A stretch of DNA of 61,559 nt, the filler included, from Sphacelaria rigidula (lineage: Eukaryota), in assembly GCA_964200075.2 (NCBI GenBank). It is 11 parts of 11 records of this genome, joined end to end, with 100 filler letters (N's around TTAATTAATTAA, not from the genome) between each part and the next. Parts side by side here need not be neighbours in the genome. Positions count along the whole stretch, not along the records: positions 56,055 to 61,559 come from CAXNAA020026778.1; 10 more parts are not named here. One strand, written 5' to 3'. How positions within the stretch are numbered: the first letter of the stretch is position 1; each line of letters opens with the position of its first letter. Of this stretch, positions 61,341 to 61,559 are shown one piece after another. The notes below the pieces were generated by a model. That model ran no database searches. It saw only the letters and a program-made list of their open reading frames with translations, and had not been told where the DNA came from. The position numbers and the translations under genes are program-made.

Positions 61341-61559
61341 TCTCAGTACAATGCCCTCAACTTATGAAAAAAAACCTTGTAAGCACTGGCATTTGTTTTT
61401 ATTATGCCCTGTTCATTGCCCATACCAAATGTTATGGTCCAACCGAGGGCCCCCATATCGGGAAATCTATGCACCATCGCTACCCCCCCCCCCCCTGCTC
61501 CGTCTCGAAAGGGATGCGTGGTCAATGGTCAGACGACTAGGGCAAGCAGTACATGAGAA

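Overview
This window is not one continuous locus. It is 11 unrelated contigs of about 5.5 kb (1-5506, 5607-11112, 11213-16718, 16819-22324, 22425-27929, 28030-33534, 33635-39139, 39240-44744, 44845-50349, 50450-55954, 56055-61559), joined by artificial 100-nt N44-TTAATTAATTAA-N44 spacers. The DNA is eukaryotic, intron-rich and dominated by repeats. The LINE, SINE and gene content suggests a brown alga or related stramenopile (inference). Host-gene fragments: three spliced exons of a GH114-type endo-alpha-1,4-galactosaminidase and three exons of a pheophytinase-like alpha/beta hydrolase. Decayed autonomous elements: a LINE reverse transcriptase fragment, an intron-containing pogo-type transposase with an RGG-minisatellite tail, a Gag-like retroelement ORF and a hAT transposase. 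There are many non-autonomous elements with visible terminal inverted repeats (TIRs) and target-site duplications (TSDs: TA, TTAA, 8 bp, 4 bp), plus tRNA-derived SINEs. The most unusual signals are two long hairpins that occur only once in the window. The one at about 35790-36280 shows an abrupt switch in G-U strand polarity halfway along the stem. MITEs carrying TTAGGG telomere-type repeats are also notable. No CRISPR, rRNA or prokaryotic operon is present, and most ORFs in the supplied track are spurious.
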